Below, one piece after another: positions 1 to 13,958 of a stretch of DNA of 57,612 bases (position 1 is its first letter; each line of letters starts with the position of its first letter). The position numbers and the translations under genes are program-made. The notes beneath the pieces are model-generated. The model was not told the DNA's origin. It ran no database searches and saw only the letters and a program-made list of their open reading frames with translations. The stretch covers positions 677,277 through 734,888 of the forward strand of contig NW_003314292.1 in assembly GCF_000143415.4 (NCBI RefSeq), written 5' to 3'. This stretch comes from Selaginella moellendorffii. Taxonomy: Eukaryota; Plantae; Lycopodiophyta.

Positions 1-6
1 AAAAAG

Positions 7-41
<35 letters not shown>

Positions 42-93
42 AGGCCGCCAAGAGGTTTTTTCCAGACGGCACTGCAGCTGGCTCCTATAGTGA

Positions 94-305
94 TTGGATT
101 CACGATCCGAGATAGTGAAGCTTCTGAACAACCTGAAGAAGGAGAGGACGTTGCTCGTTGTGAGCCATGATCTGCGGTAAACTTGCGTGATTAGTTCTTG
201 GATCTTATTTTCTTTCCTCGCAGAGAGTTGATTCCACTGGTGGACAAGACGTGGGTTATGGATATGGGTGGGACTTTGGTTGAGCAGCTAAATTCTACTC
301 TCTAG
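94..305 (+). CDS. 3' end (last two exons) of an ABC transporter I family ATPase, ABCI11/NAP14-like
   Basis: Reads LDSRSEIVKLLNNLKKERTLLVVSHDL(R), then a GT-AG intron at 177-223, then ELIPLVDKTWVMDMGGTLVEQLNSTL*. Contains the ABC H-loop (VVSHD) and resembles the plant ABCI11 C-terminus. Upstream sequence looks like a low-quality contig end. Confidence 0.75.
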
Positions 306-499
306 TTCGTGAAATGTTACTCTTAAGATAAAACTATACACTGACCGATCAAACCAGTGAGGCTGGCTGGGCAATTAAAAGTTTTTAGTATTGCAACAGA
401 CTTCGCAGGCTCAACTCACAACAGCGGAAGGGCTCCTCGAACCGGGCACCAGCGGAGGACATCCACAGGACTAACGGCGCCTCCCAACTCTACATTGTT

Positions 500-860
500 A
501 ACAGCACTACACAATTGGCCACCATAGGAGCCGCACATGGAACGGGAGCAGTACGAACGATTACATCCTGGTCAGCCAAACTAGTCTTTGACCATGTGGT
601 ATACTGGTGGGAGCTCCAAGAGTTCCTGACCCCCTCATGTCTGACTGGGATGCATGTACTGCTTACAACACTCCTGACGAGAACCAGAACTCGCTGTGGT
701 CACGACCGAGTCCTGCCAGCATGCCCGACTTTATCCAGCAAGTCCAAGAGCTCTGCAATGCACTGCCCACGATCCCTGATATTGAGGTCAGCTGACTGAT
801 CGACATGCTGCACAGGAGTATTTCTCAGTTCACTCCCACCACCCCAACTGGATGCTTTCC
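500..860 (+). mobile_element. Possible decayed retrotransposon gag fragment
   Basis: Broken frames ...VVYWWEL... and PDFIQQVQELCNALPTIPDIEV resemble Retrotrans_gag helices. Weak. Confidence 0.3.
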
Positions 861-2480
861 TAGATTGCAATGGTAGGACAAAGAATGTGATTGAGCCCTT
901 TGCATGAAAAAGAATTGCTAATAGTCAAGCCATATACAACACCTTCTGTGTTCTTTTCAAAGCTAAGAAGCACAAACACCACTAGAAAATTCCAGAAGCT
1001 AAATGATGCTTGATCCTTTAAGTTGCAAATGTTATGACCCAGTGCTAACAAACAAAGATAAAGTATGTTATGCCTTCTCTTGAAGTTAATGTGGAAGTGA
1101 AACAAAGAAATATGAAAAGAAAAATGATGAGATTATGAGTATGGAACAGTTGATATTTCACCCTTGCTATACAACTGAGGGGAATATTTTATCTTCCTCT
1201 AGAAATCCATGACTAACCTCCAAGAGTTGATAACTATTGCAAGAATGGCAAAAACAAGACAAAACAAAGGAAAAAATAGGAAAGAAAAGCTTAAAAGTGA
1301 AGGGGAAAATGGACTGTGAAATTTCTTGAGGAGGTTATTGATGAACTAGATTTCAAACCTACTTAGCATCACATAATTGCCCCAGTTAGCCAAAAATAAG
1401 TCACTCTTCCTACACAAGATTATACTAAATACTTTGATAAAAAAATCAATTTAAAAATTCAAATTCTTTCCCACATTTACTCTCAACCATCCAATGTTGC
1501 TAAATTTCCAACAAGACAATGACCTCAAAATGGAGCAAAATATTTATTTGGTCCTTTTCAAATTTGGATTTTCCTTGTTAAAGCTTTTAGTTTCTAATAT
1601 ATGCACCACACCATCATGTAGCAAGAACAACATTCACTCCATTAAAAACCCAAAAACTTTGGGTTCTCTGTAGTGCTATCTCCCACAAAGATAACAAAGG
1701 AAATAATCCTCTTGAAGGATAAGCAAGGACCTAGGAGGCATGATTTACCTTTCAAAGATTTCTTGCTTGGATTCCTAGATAATATCTAAGTATCTAAGAA
1801 TATTTTATTAGTTTTTAATAATAAACTTTCCGAAGTGTTGAGATTAGGATTGTCAATCCATTATCTCAAGGCAAGAGCTCATCTTCATCCATAATAAATT
1901 GAGCATTCTAGAGGTAGTTAGTGTTAAATGGCCATCATAGCATTGGTGTGATATCTAGATAGAGGCACTCAAGCATAGAATTCCAGCAATTTGATATTAG
2001 CTAAGAGTCCTTTAGGAAAAATTAACATGATCTAGTTATTACATTGATAAACCATTTGCAAGGACCTAAGCATCCAATAGGCTTCTAATACAACCACAAT
2101 TGCCATCTCCTAGCAATAGTGGCACATATACATGGATTGGTTGGGTTATTTCTTATTGGTGCAACATATATGTACATTACTCAATGTCCCTTAGGGACTA
2201 TTACAAAAACGGTACTCTCTCAACTATAACATTTCACTATCTCCCATCTATTGGTGGTTGCTACCTTCCAATAGGGGCTGTTGTGGTTGTCTCCTTCACA
2301 AAACATCTTGTGCCAAATCACCTTGTTTTGCCTTTACTATAGTGTCTGGTGGTTTTCATTTTCATTTGATACCTCCCTCATATTCCCCTCTATAGTAAGG
2401 GATTCATCAAGTACCTTCCTTTTGCTATATTCCTGCAGTAGCATTTTGTTGAGACAGACAGCTACTAACATGAGCCCCCA

Positions 2481-3330
2481 CTAGTTTGCTATGATCTTTG
2501 AAATGTCCCTCAAAGTGCCTTTAGTTTCAAGTTTCCCAAAGTGTCTAAATCCTAAATGCACACCATATCTCCCACCTCGTCTATCCAAGGGCCTCCTAGA
2601 CTGTAGTCCCAATCTTTGCTCCAACGGCATCTCACTTGACTTTGGTGCCTTGACCTGAACATCCTTAATAGCCAATCCTTTGCCAAGCTGATCCCGTGTA
2701 TGACCCCCTTGCCTTGGGAACCATTGAGTGACATCCCCTTTGTGTATTTCAAAATTTTGCTTGATCTCAAGTTCCCTAGTCACTTTAGCTATCATTCTCC
2801 ATGTCTCCTTTGTCACAGCACACTCCCAAAGAAGGTGCATTACTATCTTCAACATGCCACATTCCAAACACTTTTAAGCATCCTTTGCTTGGAATCACTG
2901 TCCTACTGGCAATCCATTTGTTGCCACAAGCCAAGATGTAACCTTCAATTTGTCTTGGACCAGTGACTTCTAGAATGCCACTATGTTTTTTATCACCTGG
3001 TTCACTTCCACCCCTAGTGTGATCCATTTCTGCCATAGCTTAGGTACTTCATCTCTCTAAAACTCCTTATTACCATCAATCTGTTTTGCGCATTCTTTAC
3101 CTTATATGTGAAGAAGCCATTAACTCCATATCTCCATGTTGTCAAATCCTAGTCCAAGTCCTCTATGAGGTCCTTGCGCCACTATACTAGATGTCCTTCC
3201 CCCTTTTAACTAGCATGATGATTCTACCATGTCAATCTACTTCGCTAACTATCTCAACACTCAAATTCATCCTTTAACTTTGTCATTTGTCACATGTGAT
3301 TATTTCTTATTGGATATAACCCTATAACAA
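2481..3330 (-). mobile_element. Decayed non-LTR (LINE) retrotransposon, C-terminal zinc-binding region
   Basis: C..C...HLLWEC....TW motif typical of the zf-RVT domain of L1-like ORF2. Many stops and frameshifts. Boundaries approximate. Confidence 0.55.
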
Positions 3331-6300
3331 CTATTTTTTATTTTAAATAGATTCTTTTACAACCTTGCCCTTGTTTAGGTGATCCAAAATGTAAGAGGTA
3401 GCTTTTTGAGTAGCACCTAGAACTTGGATATTTCTTTAAAACACTATGTATGTGGTGATTAAACTATTTAAATGTTGCCTTACTAATTTTGTCAACTACT
3501 ATCTAAATGAATAAAAGAAAAATAAGAAAACTAGGCATTGCTACAATGTAACATGCATCAAATTGTTTTGTATTAAATGCTAACATTTCTTCATTTGTGG
3601 ATGACTTTAGCATAAGATATGTGTGAATATGGCAAAATGTGCAATTGAATGAGGTCACTCTTGTGGGATCTATATATATAATTTAATAATTTTGATTTTC
3701 TTATTCCAGATTATTAACAATTTTGGCTATTCTTATTAGGAAGAAGATTGATGGCCAGAACTAGATAACTTCCATATAACCCTCTTCCATTGCATATCAC
3801 AGACCTAATAGCAGAAGTAGATGTGGAGGAAGGTGAAAAAGTGGCAAAAAAGTATTATGCTACTATAGAGATTGCAAAAGAAGAAAGTCATATACTGCCA
3901 TGACCATCAAACCACTATTTGCTATGTAATCAATTACAAAGCCACTAGTTGAGCAAAAAGCTCAACTAGAATATGTATCCCCAATGGAGATCAGAATAGA
4001 TACCCAAGCTTGTAGATATCTTCATCTATGAAATTTAGTATGATATTAGTAGATTTATCATACCTTGGCAAACCACCCCACCACAAGGTTTAGGTGGAGT
4101 TGACATATACATATCAAGCTAAATTTTCAATTAGTGTTTAAGGAGTTGGGCAAACAATAGTAAGTTGCACCTTCTGAAGAAGAGAATGAGCCAAAGCAAA
4201 TAAGATCCAAATGTGGTGGCGTGAAGATAGTCATATGGATGCAAATTGTCTACCACAACTTGAGTTGTGGTTAGGGTGGTGGGAAGTTAAAATGTTCTAA
4301 TGGGGACATCAAGATGATTTCTCTTTTTTCTTTTCTTTTTATTATTTACTTTTACTATTTACATATATCAATAAATCATGATGATGCTTGCATTGTACTT
4401 CACCTCTTATATATTTAAAGTATCAGAGTTTAATTTTGTTGAGGTAGAGCATTAGGCCATAGCCATGTTTTAAATCTTAGATTGCTTTTGCTATTTTCTA
4501 CTTGGCATCTATAATTTTTATATTCATTTTTATATGCTAATTTTTCTTTTGAATAATATTTTATAGAATATAAGGATTTAGGAATTTTATATCACCTTTG
4601 CTTTGTGACAATTAATCCCAGCTAATACTTTGTTACAACATCCAACACTCTACATCTTTGCTAGATGTACCAATAAACTCTTGAACAACTACTGGTGATA
4701 TGGCAATAGGCTTTAGAGATCAAGGCATGCAACTTTTGCTTATTGAAAGGAATAATTATATTTATTATAGTTATTTTGTGGGATTAACAACAGTATAGAT
4801 CATTCTTTCTAGTAGTTTTTATTAGTCTATTATATGCTGTTATATGCTGCTAGATACATAACTTGTTAATAGTTCAATCCTCTAAACAACACTCCCAACC
4901 CTCCTTTTTAGCTCATTACTTCTTTAGGTCCATTCTACATTTAAATTTTATTCCAACATCTTTGCATAGGCACTATTACTTATTATTGGCAGTACTATAG
5001 CTCTCAAGATAGCAAATCAACATTCTATAGTATAGTTTTTATATGATTACATCATATGCCAAATTGGTATTCTTGCAACCTTGATATCTAGTTAGTGGGG
5101 GGGGGGGGGGGGGGGCTTTCCTTGGATATGTCATTAAGCAATTTTTACAGTGGCTGTGTATATATCTGTGTGTGTGTGTGCGTGAGTGCTTGGAATGGAA
5201 TATGGAAGGGAATACAGAAAATGTGCATATCAATTAGCCCAAAAACCTTAATTTATATATAGGAGCGAATGGTCCAGATTGAAACCAATCCAACGGCTAC
5301 CAAAATCTCAGTATGCTAATATTAGTATACGGCATCGTAACCGTACACTTAGCCCTCACATCATCCCCTCCTCTCAGAATAATGGAAGGCTATCAGGGTT
5401 CTCTTATAAATGGGCTAGGATCTGGAGGAACATCAGAAGGAGGCATCGGTGGATTTGTAGGTGGTATTAACTGCTCATGATCCCTTTGTATGAAGCATTT
5501 CAACCACTGCACATGCACAATCTCCAGAGGATCAGCCTGCTAGATGTTATGCCGAACCTCATAAACTTGTGGTTTAACTTGCCGCAACACCCGATACGGT
5601 CCTTTCCACTGCACAAGGAGCCCCTTAGATAAACCACATACCAGGGAAAACGGACTAACACCAAATCATCCACTTTGTACTCCATAGGTGGACGATGATG
5701 GGAGTTGTAACACTGTTGTTGTCCCACTTGTACGTGGCCTAAGTGTTTGGCAAACTCTACTCGGACAAGTGGAAAAATGCTTGTTAAATATTGATCCCAC
5801 GACCTAGCATCGGGAGCTCGTGGCAATCGCAAAGGTAAACCCAACTCCATTGGTAATATTGGATCATGACCATATAGGACCATAAGCACCAATAGAACTC
5901 TACACCTCTGTGACATAGGCATACTAAAGAGATGACAAATAACCATCCCAATCCGAATGCTGAAAGTTCACATACTTCTCAATCATCCCTTTGAATGTCC
6001 GAACGAGCCATTCGACCAAACCGTCTGATTGTGGATGATAAGCACTCGTGAAAGTGTGGCGTATCCCCAACCGAGACGTCAAAACATGAAATGCCTCAGC
6101 CATAAATGTGGGACCATTATCTGAAATAATCCGCTTTGAACAAGAATGCTGAAACACCACTTAATTGAGGAGGAAGTATCCAACAGTAGTTGCAGAGGCG
6201 CTAGCAAGAGTATTAACTTCCACCCAATGAGTTAAGTAGTCAAAAACAATAATAACATACTTATTGCCAGCAATCGACTATGGAAAAAGTCCCATAAGAT

Positions 6301-6338
6301 CAAGCACCACTAACTCAAACGGAAGGGAAATTGCAATT

Positions 6339-6626
6339 ATGCTTTATTTCGTTAAAGTGGGACTTATTCAGTAAAGTGGGACATTAATTAGCATGTGTCC
6401 ACATGCCATTTCCTAGTACTTAATTAATATTTATTAATATTTCTATCAGTTTTTTAAATTTTTTTTTTATATTTCACAATATTATAACACAAAATCATAT
6501 GAAAAGTTTTTAATTTATAAATTATAAAGTTAAAACTTCAATTTTTTATTGTTGTTATAAAAATGGCATGTGGCCACACACCATAAGTGGGATAATGAAA
6601 AGTCCCACTTTAACGAAATAAAGCAT
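6339..6626. mobile_element. 288-bp non-autonomous DNA transposon (MITE) inserted in the gypsy integrase
   Basis: Perfect terminal inverted repeats ATGCTTTATTTCGTTAAAGTGGGACTT, AT-rich core, AATT on both sides (6335-6338, 6627-6630). Removing the element plus one AATT restores the integrase frame GRLESIAISLPFELVVLDLMGLFP. Confidence 0.9.
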
Positions 6627-8189
6627 AATTGACTCTAACCGTCCTTCCACAGCATGAGGGGATTATTACAAGTTTGGCACCAAATGTAGCTACACACATA
6701 CCGGATAATATCATGTCGCATCTCTAGCCCATAGAAAGACCTGTGTAGCTTCTCGGTCATACGATGATGTCCCATATGCCCACCTAGAATAAGAGAATCA
6801 TGGTAGGCATGGAGAAACTGCGGGATAAAAATAGAAGGTACCACCAGCTATAAATGATCATCAGGATCTGTCCCCACAAAATAAAGAAGGCCATCTTCAA
6901 AGTGATATTGAGAATGTAAATGCCGGAAAGGCAAGTCATCAGCAAGTGATATAGGATTCTCAAACGCATCTCAAAGCCTTCGAATCCATGGCTTAATCTT
7001 TTGAGCCTCGCAAACCTCATTAAGAGAAAGTAGATCTTGCTCTGCACCTTGTGGACACTAAACATCAAGTACAACAACCGCCGATAGCATAAAATCCTTA
7101 TCTAGAAAATCCACAGATGCTAGAACAACAGGCTTGTCAGAAACATGAGAAGAGAGTGGAGAAGGAAAAGGAGCTCAAGAAAGGGCATCAGCATCAACCA
7201 TAGAACTCCCTAGGCGATGAATAACATCAAAATCATATATCTGAAGCTTCAAAGCCCACCGAGCAGTATAACCAACCAGGTTCTTCCACTTCAATAATGA
7301 AGTAACAGCAGCATGGTCACCTTCAAGTAACATCCGAGAACCATGTAGATATGCATGAAGTTTTTCGAAACCCCAAACTGCCGCTCAACACTTCTTTTCT
7401 ATCATGGAGTAGTTCACCTGTGCTAATTGTAACGTATAGCTTATATATGCAATGGGATGACATTGATCAGGCACACTTGGACTTTCTTGCATCAACACAC
7501 CTCCAAGACCAATATCAAAAGCATCTATGTGTAAAATAAAAGGTCGAGTGTAGTTAGGATATTCCAAAACTGAAGGAGTTGTCAACAGCTCTTTGAGATC
7601 CACAAACGCCTGCTCACAATCTGAAGACCAAATGAAAGATGATGTTGATGACTTCAGCAACATTCGCAATAGTGCAATGCAATCAAAAAGATGATCCACA
7701 AAACGACCGAGATACTGCACCTTGCCTAGGAAGCACTGCACATCATTCACACACTTCGGAGTAAGGAACTTTAGAATAGCCACAAGTTTGTCAAGATCAA
7801 CTTGTAAACCCTCACAAGAAATATGGTACCCAAGATAAGTCATGTTCTTGAACCCAAACATACATTTCGACTACTTCAGCTTTAAACTAACATCCCGTAG
7901 CCGATCCAACACTTTACACATATCACGAATGTGCTCCTCCCATGTCCCCTCCGAGTGAATCAAGACATCATCAATGAAGTCAGTAGTCACTTTTGGCATA
8001 TCACAAAGAACTTTTTCTATCATCCGTTGGAAAGTTGCTAAAGCATTGTTCAAACCAAACGGCATCACCAAGAACTCGTAGAAACCAAATAATGTACGAA
8101 AAGCAGTCTTAGGAATATTTTTTTCGGCCATCGGTACTTGCCAATACCTAGAAGCAAGATCTAGTTTGGTAAACTAACGACTGCGCCCA

Positions 8190-11100
8190 TATAGCGCACG
8201 TGGTTTTTACCCTTTATCCTATGGTGATTTACCATAGAATAACCATGGAAGCAGAACCTAAACCCTTCATGTGCCACATGTCACATGCCACACGTCCAAA
8301 GGACGGTGGTGTGGGACCCGAGTTTCAAGGCCTTGAGCCACTGAACAAAGAAATGGTGCCAAACCCCCAAGCTTGGAGCTAAGGAGTGATGGAATTGGAC
8401 CACAAAGCAACTCCCGAGCATACAACTCAAGGAGCAAAGGGACAAGAGCCTGGAGTGACTTAGAACAGTCCTAGAGTAACCAACATCCCAATGCCAGGAT
8501 TAGCATGCAAAACGAAGCCAAATAGAGTCTTGTGCTATTTCAGCATACTAGTGGCCTAACGCAAGGATATGGGTACTCCACCAGCTAGCATGGTGTGGAA
8601 CTTGGGTTTAGACCCAAGCCGGACGTAGAACAAGGACATGCACGCAAGCAAAAGCTAGACTATGCCTCAGGTTGGTCAGCCATACTCGACCTACCCACTA
8701 TCTCTACTATACATTTGGAACCCCCTATAACCCCCCCCCCCCCCCCCCCCCCCTCCGAAGAACACACACTTTGGGCTTTCACCCCAAACCTCCCTTAGTA
8801 TTAAGAGTTAGTCTCTGGGACAATCTCGAAAATTACTAAATATGGAATGGTGCTAGAGTGCGAATTTGGACATGAGATGAACACTATTGTGTTTAGGCTA
8901 ATCTCTACATTCCGTAGATATGCCAAATGAACAAATCTGGACACTTTCCATAAATAGTATTTGAGACCGAAATGAGACTAACACAAAGGGCATGATAGCG
9001 AGGGTGTTTGGCAAACACAGTAAGCTATCATTTAGTGATATTGAGGGACCAAGCTCAATATTGTGGGGGTTCCCAACACTAGCAAGTGCAGGTCAACAAA
9101 TGAGTTTCTCTAACCAGGTCAAGTATGCTTGATTAAATAGACACTTAGGAATTCCTTCCTTATGCTCATTTGGTCAAGTGCACATGCGAAGACTAGTTTC
9201 TCAACTAGCTTAGGCGAAGATTAATAATGGCTCCAACAATATCAACCTCTTACCATTGTAGCAGTAAGAAAAGAGTGTCCGTAAGGACTGGTCGACAGGT
9301 AACTTTCAATACCCGAAGTCACATTCGCAACACTCTCCCCCCCTAGGGAAGATCGACGCCCTCGTCGATGCATACTTGAGTCTAGAATATTGCCAAGGAA
9401 ACAACTCCAGAAAAAGTTCACGGTATTCACACTATGTGAGAAATGCACCAACTTAAATGAGTTAGGGGTAACCTTTGTGTCTAACATAGATGCGCTACCA
9501 ACTCAAACACCTTCCGGCCATCGCCAATAAGGAAATAACCAACAGAGTCAACCACCCTTGCTACTCTGGGTGTCACCCAGCTTACAAAAGTGTGATAGGC
9601 CTCTGCCTGTAGGGATATAGAGAGAGAAGCCAAAGGCCCCAACCCTTCTGAGCAAAGAAACCAAACCCGTCGGTAAGGTTTAAATAGACAACTATAAACA
9701 AGTAGTTAGAGTTGTTTCCACGATCACGCCCTTTCAACGGAATAGGGAACATCGACAGAGAGGCGGGTTATGTGACTAGTCAACAATAGCTACCCCATGA
9801 CTAAAGATTTCACCATGCACACAATGTGCCAAAGCCAGTTTTCCTATACTAGCCCAAATTTAAAGATCAATAGATGGACAATATCAAAGTCATAAACAAT
9901 AATATCTTAGAGTCTTAATTATCAGTGAATAAATCTTATATTAGAACATAATAGTATTCCAAGTAAGTTATCATCCGATAAACCAGTATTATAGTATAGG
10001 AACCACCAAGATCATTAAGGGTAGGATCATAGGATTAACCATCCAACAAAATTTAATAGTAAATGTATCATAAAGAACACTTAATGACAAAACATAGCTA
10101 TCAAAGATTGCAGACAAAGTGCTAAACAACTTACGAATAAAAACTCAAAGAACACAAGGTATCCTCAACTGGCAAGTAAAATGCTCGCGAATGTATTACC
10201 CGAAGGAAATAACATCCTAATTTATCAAACCTAACTTGAGCAACAATCAACAGAATAGAATGAATGTGGTAAGACTAACAAACATTCATCCATACCAACT
10301 ATTGCACTAGTTAATCTAAATAGATCCCAGCCAACAACACCATGGAACTCAAGTTGCTTAATCAAGTGTCAACAACATTCTATTGATGTTTCAAACCCAA
10401 AACACCAATCTAGAGCAAACCACAAAGAACATATGGTATTACAAAAAAACAAAAACCACCAAAGAGAATAATTAATTATCATGAAAGACCATCAATCATC
10501 CCAGCATAAAGAGAAGCATAATCATTGGCGAAGAAAGAATTCACCATCCCGAAGAATAGCAAATCATTCTAGATCAACAATAATCAAGCAAAACCTTTGA
10601 CAAGGATAATCAATTATCCTAGATGATAATCAATAATCACCAATGATTGCTAGATGCAAATACTAACTTCAACATCGAAACTAGGAGCCAAAATGCCTTT
10701 CTCAACAACTTTTAACAAATGGAACAACAAGCATAAAACTCAAAGAACCAAAAGCTCGAAGAAGCCTATAGTTAAAGCTTGCCTAACAATGATCACAAGT
10801 TTCACATAAACTAACTTCAATGCTAAAGAAGAAATCATGGCACAATCCATAATATCCTCCTCAACACATCCATAAGCTAAACTTCATAATGCTAAAGCTA
10901 ATGAAAAGCATGTCTGCATCAATTCAAAAGTGAAGCACAACAAAGTTATGCTCAACAAGTGATCATTTAACTGATCCTCCATGAATCCATCCAACAAAAC
11001 GTAACTCACTTCACAATAAGCACAAGAAAATTCATCAATGATCGATATATCCCTAACTTAAATCTAATAAGGACTCAAATATTTTAATATTAATCACTAA

Positions 11101-12028
11101 CTCTTCCTCTCATAAAGCTAGTGTTATCCATGACTAAATTACTTTTCAAGGAAAAGCTCAAAGCTCAACCCCTACTAAATAATCTCATTTAGAACACAAC
11201 TAACTCAAACTTGCCACTTAGTTCATTTGAATATCAATACAGTTGCTAATTAGCAAATGCACAAATGCTAATAACACAAAGCTATAGCCAAATCATCAAC
11301 ATTATCTTCATTGAGACTAATGAAATTCAATATCAATCCTAAGGATTATATATCATTTTACTTGAACCTCAACATCAACAAAATCAACGATAAGGCATCA
11401 CTTCAATGCTATCAACATCATAACAAAGATAAAAGGAAGCAAAAGTGAATCACCACCCAAAACTCCCTAACAATTAAGCTAACCAAGGGTGAAGATACTT
11501 TACTCAGTATCCGAGACCAATCCTTTAGCAAAACTCAGTTACAGGTAACACTTCCTCAAGGAGTGAATCACCGCATCCAAGACACCATGAAATCCAACAC
11601 TATAGACTAAATGTATCCAAATGATATCGATAGAGGTAGAATCGATATGCTAACATGGAAAACCCATGTAAGTCTAACAATACGATCCTCTGCAACACCA
11701 TCCGATAAAGCAAGTCTATCACTGCTACATCATCATCAAGCAAAGCAAGTGTCAACAGTCCTCAACAAAGTTTATAAGCAATCACTAGTCGCAAAGCAAC
11801 TAATAATAGATTGGCTTAGTAATCAATAGTCAATAAGGATATTGACATCTCTGAAGGGGGGGTGAGCGTAGCGCATGTGATCATGGGATGAAATTTGGAT
11901 ATACTGTCACCGTGGATTTTTGGAACCTTGGAGGATAAATGGGGATAAAATACCCACTAAAGGCTCTCTCATCAAGCAATTGCCCCTTTTTTAGTTGGCT
12001 TAAGGGGAGAGAGATAAAGTGCGCTACA
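8190..12028 (+). mobile_element. 3.84-kb composite LTR-bounded insertion splitting the gypsy RT
   Basis: Ends T(A)TAGCGCAC ... GTGCGCTACA, with 5-bp flanks GCCCA/GCCCC. Excision restores LDHLGRSR*FTKLDLA. A PPT (GAAGGGGGGGTGAG) precedes a short 3' LTR at ~11868-12028. A second, minus-strand PPT/LTR junction at ~9332-9345 indicates further nesting. Confidence 0.8.
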
Positions 12029-13402
12029 GCCCCAAATGATCCAAGAGATTAACAGTGTGAGGAAAAGGGTACACATCTGGGATCGTCACTTTGTTTAATG
12101 GATGATAATCGATGCAAAAACGAATACTCTTGTCAGGCTTCATCACAAGATGAGGTTCACATGCCCAAGGACTCTACAACTTCTGAATAACACCCTTCTC
12201 CAACATCTCCTTGACATTTGCACGTAAAATCTTGATCTCCTTGGGTGACCGACGACGAACAAGAACCTTGATTGGACAAGCATCCCCGGTTGGAATCGGA
12301 TGACGTGTGGCAATCTTGGCCCCAGACGATAGGTCAAATTCAAAGAGATCAGAATACTCCTTCATGAGCTGGTCAACCGCTGCAACACAAAGACTGTCGG
12401 AGGGATCAGAAAAGGGAAGAGCAAAACAAGACGAAAACGTAGGAGGAAATAGTGGGGGAACAAAAGTAATGGAAGCAAAGGTAGAAATAGAGGGACGAAG
12501 AAGTACAAAAGTGAGAAGAATAGATGAAATATAAAGAAGTATAAGACAAGGGGGAGAAGCCTCAAAGTCACACTTGGCATGATTGCGCTGCAACCAATTT
12601 ATACACCAAGAATAAGGTCAAAAGCTTGACTCAGCACCACCTGTAATAACTGCAACTCAAGCTCGAGATTGCCCACAAGCACAACGAGGTCTGCCTCATC
12701 CCATGCACATACATGTGTACGGCCGTTACCATAAAGAATGAAAACTGGTTCTGCCGCACGATGCAAGTGTAGACGACAACGTGTGGCAACAGGTCAAGCA
12801 ATAGAAAATAAACTTGAACCTGTATCAACCAACATGGAGAGAATTATAGGAGACCTCTTGTTATAAAAACAAGCTTGGAAAGTAAACACTGGATGAACCG
12901 GTGCCGAATGAACCCTTTAATGATACTCCCGAAAGAAAGATGGAAGGGTCACTAACTTATTCACGCAAGATCCCTCTATTACTCGTGCGACTCCTTATTT
13001 CTCGGATGCATCTTAGAGTCCAAACCTTCCACTACAGTAGCACCAACAGGACGTTGCTGATACTAAGGTCTCCACCTAAGAAACGGAGGTCGCCAATCCG
13101 GAAAACACTGACAACGCCGATAAGTATGACCATCTTCATCACATGCCCAGTAGCGAATATCACGACCAAGACCATGTCCTCGCCCTTGTCCTTGGACTTG
13201 AGCAACATCAGCATCAACTTCCATTAGAATTGGACCATCACCCATAGGAAGGGGAGCTGAAGGATGGGCAGCAAGAAGTGGAAGAGGCAATGTCTTATAA
13301 CGTTGTGCCAAGTGAAGAGCATTATCAAGGGTGGCAGAAACAAGTGCATGCACAAGTCCAACAAGATCTTGACAAAGTGTTGGTCACAACATTCCTAACT
13401 TA

Positions 13403-13553
13403 TGTAAGCAACCAAAGGGAATGACTCGAGAGACGGTCCATGGGGTTCAAATATAGAGGGAAAGGGCCCATGAATAAGAGTGCACCCCTTTTTCCAATTG
13501 GTTAAGGGTCTTGGGATACTTGGAGTTAAGCGTCCTTGGGTTTGAATAGTACT
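13403..13553 (+). mobile_element. Truncated Cassandra LTR with 5S rRNA-derived segment
   Basis: Starts TGTAAGCAACCAAAGGG and matches the reverse complement of the LTRs at 44630/45029. Includes GAGTTAAGCGTCCTTGGGTTTGAATAGTACT. Confidence 0.85.
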
Positions 13554-13807
13554 CAAATGGCCCTTAGCCCTATTAAAAATAGTGATGAAAATCAAATTAA
13601 TGTAGAATATAACAAACAATCATATAAAAACACTTACCTTTATAAACATACCTATAATAAGGCTATGCAAAATAAAAACACTTGGATTGATATTATTTAA
13701 TTGACATTACAATTTTTTTAAAAATTAAAAATTACTCTATAAATTATATAGAATGTATAAAAAATTATAAATAACTAAAAAGAACAACTTGAAAGATGAT
13801 TTATAAA

Positions 13808-13958
13808 TTTAAATATAAAGGGAAAAGGGCCCATAAATAACACTATATCTTGTTTTTTAATTGATTAAGGGTTTTGGGATACTTGGGGTTAAGTGTCTTT
13901 GGGTTTGAGTAATACTAGGCTAAATGACTTCCCAAGAAGTCTAAACTCAAAAGCTTAG
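13808..13958 (+). mobile_element. Second, more decayed Cassandra LTR fragment
   Basis: GGGAAAAGGGCCCAT...GTTAAGTGTCTTTGGGTTTGAGTAATACTAGG...GAAGTC is the same LTR with many C>T/G>A changes. Confidence 0.75.

Larger units (their letters stand above)
5080..13394 (-). mobile_element. Decayed Ty3/gypsy LTR retrotransposon (gag zinc knuckle, protease, RT, RNase H, integrase), interrupted by two insertions
   Basis: Zinc knuckle WACDEDGHTYRRC (~13110-13150); protease LVDTGSS (~12820); RT motifs RFCIDY, KTAFRT..G.YEFLVMPFGL and FIDDVLI; RNase H PFILHIDA..GLGGVL; integrase IISDNGPTF and SAYHPQSDG. PPT GAGAGGAGGGGATGA is followed by the 3' LTR start TGTGAGGG at 5360. The left edge is approximate. Confidence 0.9.

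Noticed and set aside
1-90. Poly(A) tail of a retrocopy, and an apparent frameshift in the ABC exon
   Set aside because: It is at the window edge, upstream of an intron-containing gene, and is probably a low-quality contig end.
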